This document shows, piece after piece, positions 54,233-63,695 of a stretch of DNA of 64,000 bases; the first letter of the stretch is position 1; each line of letters begins with the position of its first letter. Source of the stretch: Escherichia phage ECO71P1; sequence record OP172789, one strand, 5' to 3'. The notes below the pieces were generated by a model. It was not told where the DNA came from. It searched no databases and saw only the letters and a list, made by a program, of their open reading frames with translations. The position numbers and the translations under genes were made by a program.

Positions 54233-56608
54233 TCAACCTTGCTTCGGTGAATTAGTAGGATTATTGAGTGCTCCGTATGCTTGAGAGCAATCACCCTTCA
54301 ACCACTCCTTGAATGAGTTCACATCTAATTCGTGGATTGAGTCGAATCCATTCCAACCGTTACCAAATGATGCTTGATAAGCTTCTTTCGCTTCTTCTGC
54401 TGAATCGAATCCAAGCATACACTTGTGTTCATCAAACTCGCCAGAGTAGTTATCGTTTTGGTTCACGATAAAGACTTTCGGCGACTTCAGATTTGGACCC
54501 ACAAAGCAGTCTACTTCATCACCGTCTGCACCCTTGGTGCCCTTGATGAATCCGTAGTGGTGCGGCATCTTCACGGCCCATTCACCGTCAAGGCTGTTTC
54601 CTCTACGAATGCTGTTGCGCGGATTCTCAATGCCAAGAATCATTCCGTGCAACTTCATCTTAGGTAATGATGCTGCGTCCATTTTACCAACGTTGTGGCG
54701 TAAGTTGACGACGTGTCCTTTAACGCTTGGAAGGGTAGACGGTTGCACCGACCGTGAATCTTTTTGAGGGTCAAAATCCACATCCTGACCTTCTTTCAGG
54801 TAGTAATCCGCAATACCCTCCAGACCTTCTTTCAACTGCGTTAGGACATCAACCTGATGGCTTGATTCATCATCGGTGTCGTCCATGTTGATTTCGACAG
54901 GTGCTCTGTCAGGGTTTTCTGCCAACTCACCACGCGCGGCACCCTCTGGCATAATACCTGTTTCGCTATAGAACTGGCCGCCCATCTTGACAACATCAGC
55001 TTTCGCCTGTTCAATATCGGCCTTACCTTGCAGGACTTCACCAGCAGACTTGCCAAGCAATGCCATATTCTCTGGAGACATCCCTGGGGTTTCTTCTGCT
55101 GCGTCTTCCGGCAGACGGTTGTAGCCGCTGTTTTTGTCGTCTTTGATGCGGTCGCGCTCTTCATCAGGAGAAATGACGCCAGCATCAATAAGAGTTTTGC
55201 CAGTGTTGGCTCGCTTATCATTGATTTCTGCAAGTTGAGTAGCAGTAAGTGAGCCAACTGGTTCCCATGCAACCTTAACATCGACATCCACCCCTTCTGA
55301 TTTGAGAAGGATTTTGTAATGGCGGTCGAGAATTTTTGTCAGGTCATGCTGCTGGCACGTTTCCAACTCTTCGTGATAGCTGACCATCTCGAATTCACCA
55401 GTAGCGTTAAAGCCTTTCGGCGAAGTCCCAAGTAGTTTGGTTGACGGAACTTTTGCGATTGCGGCCACCAGCTGGTACTGGTTCATGATGATGCTGTCGA
55501 AGTCTGACAAGTTGATGTCGAACTGGTCCATCTCTTCTTTTTGGCCAAGCACTTTGACTGCATAGTTATCGCGGTACTTGATCCACATCATCAGACGTTC
55601 TGCAAAAGACCGCTCATTGGCAATCGCCTTGTCAACGTCGGTCCGCAGCGTGGTTGTACGCTTGGACATCGCCAGCAATGGCGCTTCGTTAGCGGTACGT
55701 TCAGCGGCATAGATGCGTTCATAAATCTGCTGAGTCAGAGGAATGCCGCCGTAAATATAAGTTGGCTTGAGAATATCAGCTGGCTCATCATTGCGCAAGA
55801 TGATGAGGTGACTGCGATGATAACGTTGTCCGCTGATCACCCAGTATTCTGGATCATAGAAGTGCTGTGATGCAGGGTCGGCGGTGTTTTCAGACGTTAA
55901 AAATGGCATCATCCAATAAGGGTCAACCTGAATGATTCCCTTATAAGACCCCTTTGTCACACCATCAATGTTAAAAGGCTTGCTGTAATATTCTGGATCA
56001 TCGCTACGCACATCAAATATGATGACGCGGATACCAAAAATATTTTTGAATCGTTCGGCTTCAACTAAGTGCTCTTTGATATTAAATTCTTTATCAATTT
56101 GCTTTAGGCGTTCGCTTGCCTGCACTGACAATTCTGACTCAGAACTGGATTTGACTTCCCAACCTTTACGGACCGCATCGCGTCCTACCATGGAACACGC
56201 CTTGTTCACCAGCCAATGCTGTGCGATGATGGCACAAGCTTGATAGCCGATGAATGACTGTGACAAATACCAGTTTTGAAGTTGAATAGGTACTGTGTAT
56301 GGGTTGACCTGCCCTTCTGAACTGATGTTCTTCAAGGCATTATCCATGACTTTTTTGGATACTGTTGCGGAATCGACTGAACGGCCTTTTATGATAGCAA
56401 CACCGTCGCCATTAATATCAGGCTCATATAAAGGGAAGTCATCAACCGTTTTAAAGGTCGGTCGATTGCTTTCAGTCTTTTCCCAGCGTTGACCGCTGCC
56501 GCGCCTTTCAAGGCGTTCAAACGGTGCCAATGGGTCGCCTGGCGGCATCTCCGCTGGTTCGGCTTCTGGTTGCGTCTTCTCCCAGAGTTTTATGCCAAGA
56601 ATTTTCAT
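54233..56608 (-). CDS. portal protein with C-terminal ~140-aa extension matching the family I inorganic pyrophosphatase signature
   Basis: Large gene between terminase and Mu F-like gene; C-terminal YGFIKGTKGADGDEVDCFV and AEEAKEAYQASF segments. Confidence 0.6.
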   Translation of the reverse strand: MKILGIKLWEKTQPEAEPAEMPPGDPLAPFERLERRGSGQRWEKTESNRPTFKTVDDFPLYEPDINGDGVAIIKGRSVDSATVSKKVMDNALKNISSEGQVNPYTVPIQLQNWYLSQSFIGYQACAIIAQHWLVNKACSMVGRDAVRKGWEVKSSSESELSVQASERLKQIDKEFNIKEHLVEAERFKNIFGIRVIIFDVRSDDPEYYSKPFNIDGVTKGSYKGIIQVDPYWMMPFLTSENTADPASQHFYDPEYWVISGQRYHRSHLIILRNDEPADILKPTYIYGGIPLTQQIYERIYAAERTANEAPLLAMSKRTTTLRTDVDKAIANERSFAERLMMWIKYRDNYAVKVLGQKEEMDQFDINLSDFDSIIMNQYQLVAAIAKVPSTKLLGTSPKGFNATGEFEMVSYHEELETCQQHDLTKILDRHYKILLKSEGVDVDVKVAWEPVGSLTATQLAEINDKRANTGKTLIDAGVISPDEERDRIKDDKNSGYNRLPEDAAEETPGMSPENMALLGKSAGEVLQGKADIEQAKADVVKMGGQFYSETGIMPEGAARGELAENPDRAPVEINMDDTDDESSHQVDVLTQLKEGLEGIADYYLKEGQDVDFDPQKDSRSVQPSTLPSVKGHVVNLRHNVGKMDAASLPKMKLHGMILGIENPRNSIRRGNSLDGEWAVKMPHHYGFIKGTKGADGDEVDCFVGPNLKSPKVFIVNQNDNYSGEFDEHKCMLGFDSAEEAKEAYQASFGNGWNGFDSIHELDVNSFKEWLKGDCSQAYGALNNPTNSPKQG

Positions 56609-56770
56609 TGTTAACGCCACCTGACAGTGAAAGGGAATCAATCTATATTATAAATATTCATGTGTTTGTAAGCAAATGATATGTATGGTGATCATAAATA
56701 GTTCATAAAATATTTTGCTTTTGTATCATTTTGAGTTATATTTTAGTTAACCAAACGAAAGGAGATTGAA

Positions 56771-57187
56771 ATGAGCACAACAATTGTATTTGTCGTCCTG
56801 CACAACGGCGAAGTCGTTAACGTATGTGAATGTGAAGAACTGGCAAAGGCCACTGCCGCGCGATACGAAGGTGCTACTATTGACCCGTGGATTTTAGATG
56901 CGCGAAACGTCTTGCAGGCGACTTTGGATGAGTGGCTGTTGGGTCGCAAAGTCTATCCAGTAGACAATATCGACTCCATTCAAGGTGAAACAGTATACTT
57001 TGAAGATGAATGCGTTCGCGGAATCGGCAAATTCATGGGATTGTGCCCATCTTCATCCAAAAACAAATTTTATCGTATTCAAGTTGAAGAAAACGATATG
57101 TTTGACAAAGTCACGCGCTCGATTGTTCCTGGCGGCGGCACTCCAATTTTTATGGCAGAATCAGACATCAAGGGGATTATCAAATGA
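56771..57187 (+). CDS. hypothetical protein (138 aa), plus-strand gene between portal and terminase
   Basis: Strong RBS AAAGGAG; opposite strand to flanking morphogenesis genes. Confidence 0.55.
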   Translation: MSTTIVFVVLHNGEVVNVCECEELAKATAARYEGATIDPWILDARNVLQATLDEWLLGRKVYPVDNIDSIQGETVYFEDECVRGIGKFMGLCPSSSKNKFYRIQVEENDMFDKVTRSIVPGGGTPIFMAESDIKGIIK

Positions 57188-57423
57188 GAACTTTAACCGA
57201 ACTCGATGTTCTGAAAGATGTTGCAGCCGCGCTGGGCGTTGAAGTCTCCGAAAAGTCGACACTGGGCGCGCTGCGTCGCGATTTACTCGAAGCCGTCGAC
57301 CGCAACGATTTTGACCGTAAGTGTTTGCAAAAGAAGATTCGACAGGCAGTAAGGGCGGGTAAGCGATTCCGTGCCAGGTCGTTTGCCGCGAGAAAACTCG
57401 ACCTTCAGCACGGAATGCTTTAA
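57184..57423 (+). CDS. hypothetical basic protein (79 aa)
   Basis: ATGA overlap with the preceding gene. Confidence 0.5.
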   Translation: MRTLTELDVLKDVAAALGVEVSEKSTLGALRRDLLEAVDRNDFDRKCLQKKIRQAVRAGKRFRARSFAARKLDLQHGML

Positions 57424-57426
57424 TTG

Positions 57427-58887
57427 TTAAAGGTTAGAGAAGAAGCCGGATGCTGCAACAATTGGTTTCATCAATGCCATGATTGCTGCGTCCGCTTTGT
57501 TAGGCGATTTGACTCCACGCTTTGCCATATCCTTTTTCGATTCAACTTTGAACTTGCCAAGTACAGACGTGTCTTTGCGCGGCGCTGACATTTCAAAAAG
57601 AAACGTCTCAATTTCTTCCGCAGACCAAGCAGGAATCCCAAGTTCTGGGATGCCGTCTGTGTCGATGGAAATCAACTCATCAGTCGGGTATACGGCCTGC
57701 CCTGTTGCATACTCATATGTCTTCCTGAATCGTTCGGCAATCTCAGTCCATTTTTGCGCTTTTATGTTTGCGAAATGGTCTTTATTGAGTATTTCAACGT
57801 GTGGTAACTCAAGGAAAACGTCATCAGGATCATCAACAGCACCTTGCGCGTTGAACGCATTAAATTCGATTCTTGGGAATGTTGGATTTTCATGGATTGC
57901 ATACTCATTGAGCTCATCAAATTTTGAACCAGCAAATGCACCAACACCGATTGCGTCATAGGTAATTGATGCGCCGAATGTCAATGCGTCTTTCCAAACT
58001 CCGCTTGCGGACTTAAGCAATTCATCTTCCAGACCTTCCCATGTCTTGATGCCGCGCAATACGTTGCCCGTGACAAATGCTGTGGCGTTTAAGTCGTCGC
58101 CGTCGTCCGCCACGTCAAAGCCTATACGGTTAGACCCTGACAAGCTCCATCCCAGCGTAGGGTGTTTGTGGAGGTTTAGCGCGGCCTTGACGAATGCACG
58201 GTTAATGACCGACTTGTCGCCGCCTGTCTTCGGTACTCCGCCATAAACGTGCTCTGCCTTTTTCGGGTCGCGCTCATACATGCCAGCAATAACGTCCAGC
58301 ATTGTTTGCGACAAGAATGGGTTGTCTTGCCAGTTGATCTTCTTAACGATGGCATTCTTCGGCGGTCGCATGACAAAGTTCTGGTAAACGAAATCGGCCT
58401 CTTCATCAGGGTTAAATATGATCCATATTTCGGACCCTTCCTTACGAATTGTCGGCTCAATAATGTCCCACTGCTCTTCAGTCAGTGCGTGCGCTTCCTC
58501 AAGCCAAAGAACATCAACGCCTTCGGTTGATTTGATTTCGTCAACGTTGCGTGCGATACCGTAAAATAAGAATTCAGATTTTGTTCTTTTATGCTCAATG
58601 GAGTTTTTTAATAAGTTGAACTCGTCTTTAAAATCAGAAATCTCTATCTTATCTTTTAATAGCGTATATACTGATTCAGAAATCTTGTTCTGGAATTGTC
58701 GAACGCAAAGGAATTTTAATTTAAAGTTTGCCGCCAAATAAATAGCAAAACCAGCGGCATCATGCGATTTGGAAGATGCACGACCGCCGTATATAACTTT
58801 GTATCGCGCTTTCGTCTTCCAGACTTCTCTTAAAGCAGGATTCAACTGGTACATGACTTTCCAATTATGTGTTAATATTTTATTCAT
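57427..58887 (-). CDS. terminase large subunit
   Basis: Walker A YGGRASSKS near the N-terminus; 486 aa; C-terminal nuclease-like acidic residues. Confidence 0.8.
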   Translation of the reverse strand: MNKILTHNWKVMYQLNPALREVWKTKARYKVIYGGRASSKSHDAAGFAIYLAANFKLKFLCVRQFQNKISESVYTLLKDKIEISDFKDEFNLLKNSIEHKRTKSEFLFYGIARNVDEIKSTEGVDVLWLEEAHALTEEQWDIIEPTIRKEGSEIWIIFNPDEEADFVYQNFVMRPPKNAIVKKINWQDNPFLSQTMLDVIAGMYERDPKKAEHVYGGVPKTGGDKSVINRAFVKAALNLHKHPTLGWSLSGSNRIGFDVADDGDDLNATAFVTGNVLRGIKTWEGLEDELLKSASGVWKDALTFGASITYDAIGVGAFAGSKFDELNEYAIHENPTFPRIEFNAFNAQGAVDDPDDVFLELPHVEILNKDHFANIKAQKWTEIAERFRKTYEYATGQAVYPTDELISIDTDGIPELGIPAWSAEEIETFLFEMSAPRKDTSVLGKFKVESKKDMAKRGVKSPNKADAAIMALMKPIVAASGFFSNL

Positions 58888-58953
58888 ATTATAGTTTGCT
58901 TGAGACAGCTATATCAAGTAAAATTATGATTCCAGCTTAGTAGTGGATAAAGG

Positions 58954-58982
58954 GTGATCTTTTTGGCCAGATTATTTCTGGC
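58954..58982 (+). terminator. hairpin plus T7 tract (TGGCCAG ATTATTTC CTGGCCA TTTTTTT)
   Basis: Read directly; orientation favours plus strand. Confidence 0.45.
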
Positions 58983-59001
58983 CATTTTTTTAATTTAAAT
59001 T

Positions 59002-59029
59002 CACAAAAAGTTTGCCTTTCTGAAATTCT
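59002..59029 (+). promoter_or_regulatory. sigma70-like promoter (-35 TTGCCT, 16 bp, -10 TATAAT)
   Basis: Consensus -10 read directly upstream of 59066 gene. Confidence 0.55.
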
Positions 59030-59065
59030 GCATTATAATCATATTAACTCAAAACCGGAGGTAAT

Positions 59066-59281
59066 ATGAAACTCATCGACCGTGCCATCAAAGCCATTGA
59101 TAACCACTCCACCGCGCTTGCTTTCGTGATGGGATTTTGTTTTACTGCTGCGTTTGGCGACGTTCACACATTCAAGTCTGTCATCTTGTGCTGGTCCATT
59201 TGGTCACTTATTTCTCTGGTTTTGATTCTTCCGATGACGTGGCTTGTTCTTACTTGTCTGGAATCTCAAGGTGAAGACTGA
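59066..59281 (+). CDS. small membrane protein (two predicted TM helices)
   Basis: Two hydrophobic segments in 71 aa; GGAGG RBS. Confidence 0.5.
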   Translation: MKLIDRAIKAIDNHSTALAFVMGFCFTAAFGDVHTFKSVILCWSIWSLISLVLILPMTWLVLTCLESQGED

Positions 59282-59502
59282 TGAGACTATCAATCAAAGA
59301 GCGGGCGAAGCGGCCCAAAAGGAGTGAGCCAAAGGCCAAATACGCATGCATCGGCGGACCATTCGACGGTCAAGCGATGTGGCTTTCAAAATCTAATCCA
59401 TCGACGGTTGAGTTTAGCCTTCATGGAATGCGCGGCAGATACCTGCTAAATAGAGAAACAAGTGGCAGTACATTTGTGGAGTGGAAAGAAAATGGCAAAT
59501 GA
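59281..59502 (+). CDS. hypothetical basic protein (73 aa)
   Basis: ORF track; overlap coupling. Confidence 0.45.
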   Translation: MRLSIKERAKRPKRSEPKAKYACIGGPFDGQAMWLSKSNPSTVEFSLHGMRGRYLLNRETSGSTFVEWKENGK

Positions 59503-59725
59503 ATTGACTTTAACAGTACCAAAAGAAGTGCTAGACAAGGCATATGCAGATTCTGTAAAAGAATTAGCTGGAGTGCTTGGAATTGAAAATGAATTCAACG
59601 TTCAGCTGCAATTCCTTAAGGATACTCTTCAAATCAAAGAGAATAGAGAAGCTGGAAGTGGTGCGCCTTTAGCTTTAGCAATCCTCTATGCGGGACTTGT
59701 TTTGCAATCTGGAGATGAACTGTGA
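59492..59725 (+). CDS. hypothetical protein (about 77 aa)
   Basis: ORF track, start adjusted to internal ATG. Confidence 0.4.
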   Translation: MANELTLTVPKEVLDKAYADSVKELAGVLGIENEFNVQLQFLKDTLQIKENREAGSGAPLALAILYAGLVLQSGDEL

Positions 59726-59920
59726 ATCGTTGGTGCAGTTGGAAGCTTAAACGACTCGCCTGGGCCAATGCCGCCAATTCTGCTGGACCAATCGCTGCTG
59801 GTGTTGGGTCGATATGGGATGGTGAGGGCCGTTGGGACTCGCTGTGTGGCACGCGCCTATTCTTTCGCGTAAAATAATATTTGCCCTTCCCGATATGGGA
59901 AGGGAATTAAAGAGGTTATC

Positions 59921-60262
59921 ATGAACAACACTTTATCACAACTGCTAATCTGGACAATCGCTGCTATCATTGGCACCGTTATTATGATGTCAAGCGCAAA
60001 GGCTGAAACGGATATTTGCGGCAGGCTTATTTCTGAGAATGGCGAGATTTATTATGGCAACTCAAAAGGCGATTATATATCACCTGAAGTCTGCGCTCAG
60101 AAGAAAGCAGAAATGCAAAAGCAGTATCATGAAGATCAATCCATATCTCAAGCCGCGCTGATTGAATTAAGTATATCAGCCATCATCTTTCTAATCGTTT
60201 TTATGCTCATTATTAAACCAAATAATGACAGCAACCGTCATATTCCTCTCAAAAGAAATTAA
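59921..60262 (+). CDS. exported/membrane protein (N-terminal signal-like and C-terminal TM segment)
   Basis: Hydrophobic N-terminus ending SSAKAE and C-terminal IIFLIVFMLII segment. Confidence 0.5.
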   Translation: MNNTLSQLLIWTIAAIIGTVIMMSSAKAETDICGRLISENGEIYYGNSKGDYISPEVCAQKKAEMQKQYHEDQSISQAALIELSISAIIFLIVFMLIIKPNNDSNRHIPLKRN

Positions 60263-60300
60263 GGTTATAATACGGTTGTCGACAAAACGAGGACCGTAAA

Positions 60301-62616
60301 ATGCCAAGGCTAATATTCAAAAACAACTTTGAGGTCGCGCTGGCTCAACCAACGACGACTTCAGACACCACAATCACAATTCGCTCAGGGTCGGGCTTTC
60401 CGACCTTGGGCGCAAACGAGCGTGTAGTGGCGACAATCGTCGATGCTGCAACAGGCCTCCAATTCGAAATCGTCACAGTAACAGCCGTTGTTGGAAACGT
60501 CCTGACCGTGCAGCGTGCACAAGAAGGAACTGCAGCGCGTGCGTGGTCGGCTGGTGACATGCTTTCCATTCGAACTACTGCTGCGACACTGACAAATTCT
60601 TTTCGAAACTTCGGGGAAATTCCTAGCGGAATAAATCTTAATGCTTTGACTGGCACTTGGTTTGGCATATATTATCAAACTCAAGATTCAAACGCATCAA
60701 CGACTCTAAATTACCCCATTGCAGTTGGTGGATCACTTGAGGTGTTTACAAGTGGTGCAGGGCAAGAAGGTTGCATCCAAGTTTATAAAGTAAGGAACTC
60801 GGCCAGGTCTTATACCAGGACTTACAATCCACAATCAGGATGGACTAGTTGGAATTCATACAGGATGACTGATGACACCGTGCCTATTCAATTTGGCGGA
60901 ACGGGGCAAACCACAATTCAGGGAATGAAAACAGCTTTTGGATTCGGAACGGTTGCTGATCAGAACATCGTTCCAACTTCAATGGGCGGCACCGGATCAG
61001 GGGATAATGCTCAGGCTTGGCTAAACATCCGTCCACAAGGATCAACACCGCTGGCTGGTGACCCAGTAAACGATTATGATGCCGCGACTAAGCGTTGGGT
61101 TGAGAACTTGGTGAATACAGGCACCGTTGGTCCAAGTATGAACGGTGTTATGAACTATGGCGTCGGTGATTTCCACTTACGGGACAGCCGTGCTTATATT
61201 CAACCTTATGAAGTCGTTTCTGACGGACAATTGTTAAATCGTGCAGACTGGCCTGAGCTTTGGGCTTATGCGCAAATGCTTACCCCTATTGCTGATGCTG
61301 ACTGGCTTGCCGATGCATCCAAGCGCGGCAAATATTCTTTGGGCAACGGAACGACAACATTCCGCGTGCCAGACCGTAACGGCGTCCAAGCAGGGTCCAT
61401 TCCTGGCCTATTTGGTCGAGGTGATGGTGGAGTGTCTTCTTTTGACGGTCGCGTAAGACAAAACGCAGCGCCAAACATAACCGGTTCAGTTGGCACTTCA
61501 ATATCAACGCAATATAACACGGCAGGTAACACAGGGACAGGGGCAATAGTTCCAGCACCTGTTGTTATTCCAGGCCTAAGAGTTGGTCCAGAAGGAGGTA
61601 CAACAAGCCTTAACTATAGGAACGGATTGAACATTGATGCAAGCCTTTCCAATGCTGCTTATGGTCGAGATGGCTCCGCAGAGGTTCGACCTAATGCTTT
61701 TGAAGGCGTTTGGGTGATTCGTGCATCTGGTGGATTTGTCGCGGCGAATACGCAGTGGAGTGTAATTACTGGTGACTCATCCCGTCCATCAACAGGGGTG
61801 ACAACGGATGGCGGTGAAATAATTTCAAGATACAATATTGGAACGGCACAGGAAGCCCAAATGAGCTGGCGCGTTCGCGCTTTAATTGGAGGTACATATT
61901 ATGCTCGCCTTAATGTGTCAAACGCCACAAAAGGCACAACTACTGTATTTGATTTTGATGATACTGGTGCAATGGCTGCTCCTGGCCCAATTTCTGCTGG
62001 TGCTGCTGGTTCAAATTTCAAAAGCACAATAGAAGTAAATAATGTCTCTTATCCAGGACTTTTGTTCAAGCCTACGTACACCAATGGAAACGTGATACCT
62101 GATACTGTTGTTGGAGGGAATACATTCTTTGAGTGCTCATTCATCCAGGGGCAGATATCAGGTGTTCAATTGTATCGTAGGAGGAAAGACGGAAATGCCA
62201 CAGGACAAATAGCGATTTCCTTCCCGACTACTGCCGGAACGATTGCGCTTCAAGGTACATCAGGCATTGAATATAAAAAGGACGTTGTAGATGCAGATGC
62301 CAAGGAAGCGATGGATAGAATCAATTCACAGCGCCTTGTCAATTTCGTTTATAAGGATGATGAGCAAGAGCGTGTGAGATTTGGTATAATCGCTGAAGAA
62401 GCGGAATTGATTGCGCCACAATATATCAAGCACAATCAAGAAAACATTTCTGACATTCTTGATGAAGAAGGAAACAAGATAGGTGAAGAGACTCGTGACA
62501 GACCTTCAGTTGACACAAACCCAATCGTCATGGACTTGATGGGCTGTGTGCAGTATCTCAATAAGCAAATTGAAGATTTGAAGGCAGAGATAGCCGCGCT
62601 AAAGGCAGCAAAATAA
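60301..62616 (+). CDS. tail fibre/tailspike protein with collar-like domain and C-terminal intramolecular chaperone (S74-like) domain
   Basis: Collar-like block DWPELWAYAQ ... TTFRVPDRNG; C-terminal LVNFVYKDDEQERVRFGIIAEEAEL followed by coiled coil. Confidence 0.7.
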   Translation: MPRLIFKNNFEVALAQPTTTSDTTITIRSGSGFPTLGANERVVATIVDAATGLQFEIVTVTAVVGNVLTVQRAQEGTAARAWSAGDMLSIRTTAATLTNSFRNFGEIPSGINLNALTGTWFGIYYQTQDSNASTTLNYPIAVGGSLEVFTSGAGQEGCIQVYKVRNSARSYTRTYNPQSGWTSWNSYRMTDDTVPIQFGGTGQTTIQGMKTAFGFGTVADQNIVPTSMGGTGSGDNAQAWLNIRPQGSTPLAGDPVNDYDAATKRWVENLVNTGTVGPSMNGVMNYGVGDFHLRDSRAYIQPYEVVSDGQLLNRADWPELWAYAQMLTPIADADWLADASKRGKYSLGNGTTTFRVPDRNGVQAGSIPGLFGRGDGGVSSFDGRVRQNAAPNITGSVGTSISTQYNTAGNTGTGAIVPAPVVIPGLRVGPEGGTTSLNYRNGLNIDASLSNAAYGRDGSAEVRPNAFEGVWVIRASGGFVAANTQWSVITGDSSRPSTGVTTDGGEIISRYNIGTAQEAQMSWRVRALIGGTYYARLNVSNATKGTTTVFDFDDTGAMAAPGPISAGAAGSNFKSTIEVNNVSYPGLLFKPTYTNGNVIPDTVVGGNTFFECSFIQGQISGVQLYRRRKDGNATGQIAISFPTTAGTIALQGTSGIEYKKDVVDADAKEAMDRINSQRLVNFVYKDDEQERVRFGIIAEEAELIAPQYIKHNQENISDILDEEGNKIGEETRDRPSVDTNPIVMDLMGCVQYLNKQIEDLKAEIAALKAAK

Positions 62617-62623
62617 TTCACTC

Positions 62624-62650
62624 AAGGCGCTGAAAAGCGCCTTTACTTTA
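62624..62650 (+). terminator. rho-independent terminator (AAGGCGCT GAAA AGCGCCTT plus T-rich tract)
   Basis: Read directly. Confidence 0.6.
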
Positions 62651-62670
62651 TGCGCTATTAAGTTATACTC
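62643..62670 (+). promoter_or_regulatory. sigma70-like promoter (-35 TTTACT, 16 bp, -10 TATACT)
   Basis: Read directly. Confidence 0.45.
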
Positions 62671-62697
62671 ATTATACGTTAACAAGTGAGGTGTATT

Positions 62698-62907
62698 ATG
62701 GAAATTAAATTGTTGTCCGATTTCGTAAAAAGTATTGAAGCCAAAGGCATGACAATCAAGGCTAAGAAAGGCGGCATTGTCTGCATTGACAAACAACAAA
62801 GCGATCAAGGCATATCACTTGATGATATCAAAACTATGCAAAAGCTTAATAAGAAAGGCGACTTGCACAAGTTCTTGAAGGATATTGGGGCGGTGGACAA
62901 TGGATAA
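62698..62907 (+). CDS. hypothetical protein (about 69 aa)
   Basis: ATG with GAGGTG RBS. Confidence 0.45.
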   Translation: MEIKLLSDFVKSIEAKGMTIKAKKGGIVCIDKQQSDQGISLDDIKTMQKLNKKGDLHKFLKDIGAVDNG

Positions 62908-63000
62908 AGAGTCACGACGCTTTGCATTTTGGGGCACGGTATGCATTGCCGCGCTGTTTGGAATTGCTTATGCAATTGTTTACGCTGCAGCGGCATAATT

Positions 63001-63396
63001 ATGATCATCGATATTGAAAAGGCACTCAAGCGAGAATTGACGCCAGGTGCGACTCCTGGCGAAGAAGCCTACTACCGACCGAAAGCGCAGCGCACCAATG
63101 AGATTCCGGTCGTTAAGCGGACAGTGAATAAGAACGGTCAGCGGTCGCGACTGCGCTCTATCCGGTCCGGTGAAAGGATTAAAACGATTCGCCAGTGTCT
63201 ACAACGACTCGAAATCATGGGTTGTCGCGCTTATATCGACCCTGATGGAAAGGTCATGGTGAGAATTGGCAATAGTACACAACTACAAGACGGATTGCCT
63301 TGCGGAGAATCCAGACCCATAGCAAAGACCGACCGTGTGGCTACTGGCCGCGAGGTTGAGGAAAGTTGGTTGGGTGCTTTCTTATTAAAATATTGA
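63001..63396 (+). CDS. hypothetical protein (about 131 aa)
   Basis: Internal ATG chosen; N-terminal part of track ORF is Cys-rich and lacks an RBS. Confidence 0.4.
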   Translation: MIIDIEKALKRELTPGATPGEEAYYRPKAQRTNEIPVVKRTVNKNGQRSRLRSIRSGERIKTIRQCLQRLEIMGCRAYIDPDGKVMVRIGNSTQLQDGLPCGESRPIAKTDRVATGREVEESWLGAFLLKY

Positions 63397-63403
63397 GGTT
63401 AAT

Positions 63404-63598
63404 ATGAATAAAAATGAATCAGTAGCATTCTTACAATGGCTGGAAGGTGTGGTGGAGTATCGCGCGGCAAGCGACCGTTTCATCTTTCAAGGCAAAAGCT
63501 TCAAGCGCAAAGGACAAGCCCAGAAAGCAGCCCGTAAATACTGGAAGGAAGTTTATTCAGAGTTCTTTCAGCACATCGGCTCAGTTGGTATCGATTGA
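63404..63598 (+). CDS. hypothetical protein (64 aa)
   Basis: ORF track; RBS-like GAGG upstream. Confidence 0.4.
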   Translation: MNKNESVAFLQWLEGVVEYRAASDRFIFQGKSFKRKGQAQKAARKYWKEVYSEFFQHIGSVGID

Positions 63599-63633
63599 TG
63601 AATCCAATCGTTACAATTAACAAACCGATTTGA

Positions 63634-63657
63634 ATGCCGCGCTATGCGGCTTTATTA
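63634..63657 (+). terminator. rho-independent terminator (GCCGCG CTAT GCGGC plus TTTATT)
   Basis: Read directly. Confidence 0.5.
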
Positions 63658-63695
63658 TAGTTATTGTTAATCACCCAAATATTGAAGGTAATGAT

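Noticed and set aside
57184-57423. 79-aa basic protein as terminase small subunit
   Set aside because: It is on the opposite strand to the large terminase gene and coupled to an unrelated upstream gene; no oligomerisation or DNA-binding motif recognised
60345-60684. Minus-strand ORFs overlapping the start of the 771-aa fibre gene
   Set aside because: Antisense to a gene with recognisable fibre motifs; Cys/Arg-rich shadow translations
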